Shown here: positions 59,491-64,000 of the stretch, piece after piece
How the letters are laid out: the number at the start of each line of letters is the position of its first letter
Position numbering within the stretch: the first letter of the stretch is position 1
Assembly: GCA_030704615.1 (NCBI GenBank)
Contig: CM060733.1
Span: forward strand, 33,480,001-33,544,000
Direction of reading: 5' to 3'
DNA length: 64,000 nt
Origin: Takakia lepidozioides
Taxonomy: Eukaryota; Plantae; Bryophyta
The notes under the pieces: model-generated
Told to the model about the DNA's origin: nothing
Seen by the model: the letters and a program-made list of their open reading frames with translations, nothing else
The model's database searches: none
Program-made: the position numbers and the translations under genes

Positions 59491-61232
59491 TCATGGCCAT
59501 TTCTTGAATGTTTGAGTTTGTCTCTTCCGGTTGTCTCAACTGTGGTGCTTCAGTGGTTCCTCATCAGAAATTTGGGGTTGGGCTAATGGTATGTAGAAAA
59601 AGAAAAAGGGCTGAAAGAAAGAATGAATGAAGCTGGAGTGATGGTAAGATGGGCTGCAAGTAATTTTGTAGTTCTATATCACTGTGTGGTTACTGATTGT
59701 CATATAGGTTGGAAAGGAAGACAAAGGATGCATCTTTGTATGTGTGTTGCAACGTCCACTAATCTCGGAGAAATTCTAGGTTCTACCTCACTGCGAGACT
59801 CATCGCAACTGCTAACTTAATGCTCTTTTGATCTGTTCTGTGTGCATCATTTGCTCAACAGCTGGAGCCCTGCCTCAATCCAGCAGTGCGTACTACTTGT
59901 CCCTATAGTACTTTCAAAATCGCTTATATTTTCTTATCTCTGTTGCGTACGCAGCTTCATGCAGACATTTGTGCATTACTTGCCAAAATGTTGGTGCAAT
60001 TATGGATTGCAATTGTCACCAACCAAATTCAACGAGTTTGAGATCCTCTTTTCATGATGGCTGACATTCACACAGACGTAACCTGTGGTTCAACAAATTT
60101 GAAGCTTATGTGATGACTAGTTGTCTGATCAAATAAGAGAGACCTGGCATGCAACTTTGTTTGCAGTGATGACCTTGTAAATGCATGAAGAGTAGCATGC
60201 CATTCTACTCTAGCAGAGACATCTGCAATTCATCAAGAACATGCGAGAGCACATGTGCAGTGCCGGAATCTAAGTAGCAAAACATGGATTCTGTTGGGAT
60301 ATTCGAATGCTTGGATTCAGAGGAATAAGCTCCTCTTATTGTGAACCAGAGTTAGTGTGACTCATTGAACATGTAGAAATTTCAGTCTAGTGCCAAGGTG
60401 GGGTAAACCCTTGAGATCATCCATGATGGCCTCTCCCATGTCACAGGGTGGAAACAAGTTCAGGGAGTTTTCTGCCTAATTTCATTTTCATCACACAATT
60501 TCCTGGCAACAGACATGGCTTTGGACACTACAGCCTCTAAGTCAGACTTATCCAGCAGGGTCAAGGCTTGCAGACTTCGATTAAGATCCTTGAGAATCTC
60601 TTCTACTCTCTTCCGGCAGGACTTAGCCTGTTTGACAGGGGACTCCTGCTTCCAAGATGTAGAGTCCATTAACTTAGGATATCTGATATTAATTATTTGT
60701 TGCAACTGGCCCCACCATGTGACCTTGAATTCATCTCGTCGGGAGCTTAAGGGAGGGATGCCAAACTCGCCCCGAACAGTGATCGCACAGAGAGAGAGAG
60801 GGAGAGAGAGAGTGGAAAAGAGGAGAGGGGAAGCACACCTAATGTCCACAGAGTTGGAGCGACTCGTATGAAGCTCGACCTTGGGGCAGAGCAAGAGATG
60901 GAGTGTTCGACTCCACTCCATCCCGCCTGTGTCTCCAGCTCCCACTCTGCCATCTCCCTCTCGATTTCACGCACACAGTTCCAGGTTTCTGTGTACAAAC
61001 TACAAACCACGAAAATAGAAAACATACAAAGCACTGCTGGAAATAGTAATAGGAAAATGGTTAGCAAAGAAGGTTGAAGTAGCAGAATAGCAAAAGCAAG
61101 AGCGACGCTTTTGATAGCAAGTCGGACTCGTGGGTTTTCTCAGAGTCGTCTTTCTTTCCCTTCATCTCTTACCCCCAAGCTCCGTGTAGGATCACAAGAA
61201 CACCATTGGAGAGGTTTAGTCGCCTCCGCAAT

Positions 61233-62330
61233 ATGGAGGAGATTTGGAGCATGCTCCCATTCGAGTTAGTGATGGTGGTGTTGGCCTTTTTGCCATATCG
61301 AAGTCTTGTCCGCTTTCAGTCGGTTTGCAAGTTGTGGAATTCTCTCCCATCGACTGCTAGTTTCCAGCAACTCTGTCAGCAACTCCCTCTTCACGAAGAC
61401 TCCTATCTCTTGTCTTTTGGCATATGCCCACATGTTTGCATGTTGTACACCCCCACAACTCGACGGTGGCACAAAATCGGCCTCAAACTCCCGAAAGATA
61501 ATGTAGTATCCAGTGTTGGTGCTGCAGATGGAGGCTTATTACTTTGCACAACGGATGAGGGCGATGCTGACTTATGATGGATTGTGTTCAATCCTCTCTT
61601 GAAGAGTTCCAGACAATTGCCTGCCCTGCCTCTGGCTAACTCAACACATTTCCGGGATGTGGATACGATGCACTTGATTGTGGATAGACGCAGCAAGACC
61701 TACAAGATCTTTGTGATATCACACGAGTATCGCCTGGACTACACAGTTGATTTACATTGGAGAACACACATCTATGACTAGTGTTGGACCGAGACAGGAA
61801 AGATGCCGGCATGTGAACGGGGGTGGTGGTGGTGCCGTGCAGGAAGTGTTCTATGTGGCCCTACTCTCTTTGCTCTGTTTTATGGACCAAAATATGACGG
61901 CTACACTGTGATGGCTTATGACATAGGTGCCGGCGTGTGGACTCGAGTTGATTTACACATGCCTAACTTTGGTGGAGATCGTATTGCTAGTCCAAGGCTT
62001 GTAGAGAGTGAGGGTCGCCTGTTTCTAGTTGGGGGTCGTGCTAGAGATCGCTTCCTAGTTGCAATATGGGAGTTCAAAGTTTCTATCGAGACCGCAGAGT
62101 GGGTGGAAATTGCAACAAGGGAGTTCGCAACAGTGGCCCCCATGTACTACTATCTTCAAGTGGTGAGCCATGACAATCTCATAGTCATTTGGACCGGCAT
62201 ACCCTATCCAGAAGTTGTGATGTATGACAGGAAGCAACACAGGTGGACACCTTACTTACAAACTGGGACCAACGAAAGCGAGAGTGTGAAGGGTTTGGTT
62301 GGCGGTCTTAGTTTAGGTGCAAAAGTCTAG
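61233..62330 (+). pseudogene. F-box (kelch-like/associated domain) gene with two in-frame stops
   Basis: IWSMLPFELVMVVLAFLPYRSLVRFQSVCKLWN, ADGGLLLC, VFNPL..RQLP, PRLVESEGRLFLVGG; stops at 61575 and 61779. Confidence 0.88.
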
Positions 62331-62332
62331 AC

Positions 62333-62591
62333 AAGCTGCTGCATTGAGGTCAACAGGCAAGTGCATGCGGTCGTTGTAGAAGACAAAGTGCATCCGCGCA
62401 TTGAGGAAATCCATGGTGAGGTTAAGAGATTGTCTGGGCAGATGGAGGATGGGTACGTGTCTGACACACGATTTGTATTGCATGATGTGGAGGAGGAGAT
62501 GAAGGAATTCTCTCTTTGCCACCACAGTGAGAAGCTGGCCATGCCTTTGGGGCTCATCAGCACCACTGCCGGATCTCTCCGCTCCACGTGA
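62333..62591 (+). pseudogene. PPR E+/DYW domain fragment
   Basis: SCCIEVNRQVH..GYVSDTRFVLHDVEEE..HHSEKLAMPLGLIST; truncated before the CxxC motif. Confidence 0.88.
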
Positions 62592-64000
62592 TCACCAAGA
62601 ATTTTGGGGTTGTTCATCTTAAAGACTGGGTAGCCCAGCAATGTGAATCACAGTTTTGTTCTCGAATATCATTTCGTAAAGGAGATAGAGAATACTGACA
62701 CCGACCACAATTCTTCGTGGCGACCATCGACCATCTGATCCAGTGCAAAACTCCTGAATCCAAAACTTAGAATCCGAATCACACCCAAATTATAAACCAG
62801 GCAGATTGTTGCTTTTCTAACTTCCTTTCTTATATACGTGTTACATGGGTTTTATATATTGGTTGGATTGTTATGTGTAGTGGTTTACTGTGGCCAAATT
62901 AGTGCCGATCATCTTCCCCCTCTGCAAACATGTCAATCGGACCCCATCCGACTATCTCACGAATAAGTCAACTTTTGGATAGTGGAATTTTGAGTACATA
63001 AGGAGTGTTACGGATTTCTCACCTACTCTCCTCTTAGTGTCTAGGGGATCATCTGGTCAGCTGTGGATGACTATTTAGGGTCCTTCAGGATAGCCAAAAT
63101 GACAGGCATGCAAAAACAACTTCCATGTGAACTGTGCAGAGATGAAAAAGATCAATGGTAGTTGAAAGTGATGAAATCGCAAATACAAAGGAGGGGAAGC
63201 AAGCCTGCCATGTGCCAGCCATGGGTTTAGCAGACTTTACCTGTCAATTCACTTCTCTTTTCACTATCTGCTTGAGAAGAACTCCGTTGGGATTGGAGAT
63301 CACAAATACAAGCACACCCTAGAACTTTTTCTCCCATCGGCATCAACTGCATTGGAGTCCCAGGGAATTACAGCACAAGGAGAGCACAACCACACCCGTG
63401 CAGGGTAGTCATGAATATTCTGAGGTGATAATAAGCACCCCTGAGCAGATTCTTCTCATTTGTACAATATTCTCTTCCTTGGGGCTCTTGTGAACTCTGT
63501 ATTGGAGCAATTCAATACGTAAACAACAAGAAGTTTTTCTCTCGATTCTTTATCACCGACTTGTAAGACCTCTGGTGCTGCGAGGTCTTGTCTTCACTTG
63601 CTCACAACCACGAAATCAGCTGGAGACTTCCACTCTCGACTTGGTATTGCAGGACAACTCACAAGATTTGGAGATGATCAAGCTCTCACTAGTGATCTTT
63701 TTCTTTCTGTCTCAGTCGATGAGGGGCCCTCCTGGATCACAATCTGCATGGTTGGATGGGCAAACACAGTCTTTGGATATTCTAGGGCATGAATCTTGGA
63801 TGGAGGAAGAGGAGGAGGAGGGAGAGGAGGAGGCGGCCCAGGTGCCTGAGCACTTTTTTTTTTTTTTAAGCTTTTCAAATTTCAAAATAATAAAAATAGC
63901 GTTATCCAGGAACGAATGTACGATAAAAGGGATGTGGATGAGTTAATTAGGTGATATACTGATCGTGCTGCCCGAGATTGTTTTTACTTGTTTACTTCTA

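Noticed and set aside
60460-60945. 161-aa ORF, and 63575..63946
   Set aside because: No recognisable domain; they include simple-sequence tracts and cannot be supported as genes.

Overview
Eukaryotic plant DNA that is rich in repeats and pseudogenes. The hydrolase-NLR, PLS/DYW-PPR fragments, Dof, F-box and ACS-like genes suggest a land plant, probably a non-seed plant; this is inferred, not shown. Left to right: (1) a degenerate Ty3/Gypsy element (1-~11834) with a dUTPase-like domain, whose protease is split by a 4.8-kb MULE-like insertion (9-bp TSD) carrying a SWIM ORF and a hairpin/poly-A satellite; (2) an intronless 3betaHSD/D-reticulon pseudogene; (3) a disrupted alpha/beta-hydrolase-NB-ARC-LRR gene; (4) an apparently intact 12-exon ACC-synthase-like aminotransferase; (5) a 20-kb Mutator-like element (26557-46750; long TIRs, 9-bp TSD, SWIM transposase and convergent Ulp1-like gene); (6) a patchwork of GNAT, DYW, PPR, F-box, LINE, Tic20 and SNF2 fragments plus an atypical repeat-expanded Dof ORF. 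The standout feature is an 11.6-kb Gypsy-type retroelement (28367-39945) nested in an intron of the MULE transposase. It encodes a C5 DNA methyltransferase between protease and RT and a PHD finger on its DDE integrase. Instead of two LTRs it has split direct repeats (A-internal-B-A-B) with a palindromic TGACA-GC-TGTCA internal junction, TGTC...GACA ends and a 4-bp TSD. All calls are by eye; no database searches were run.
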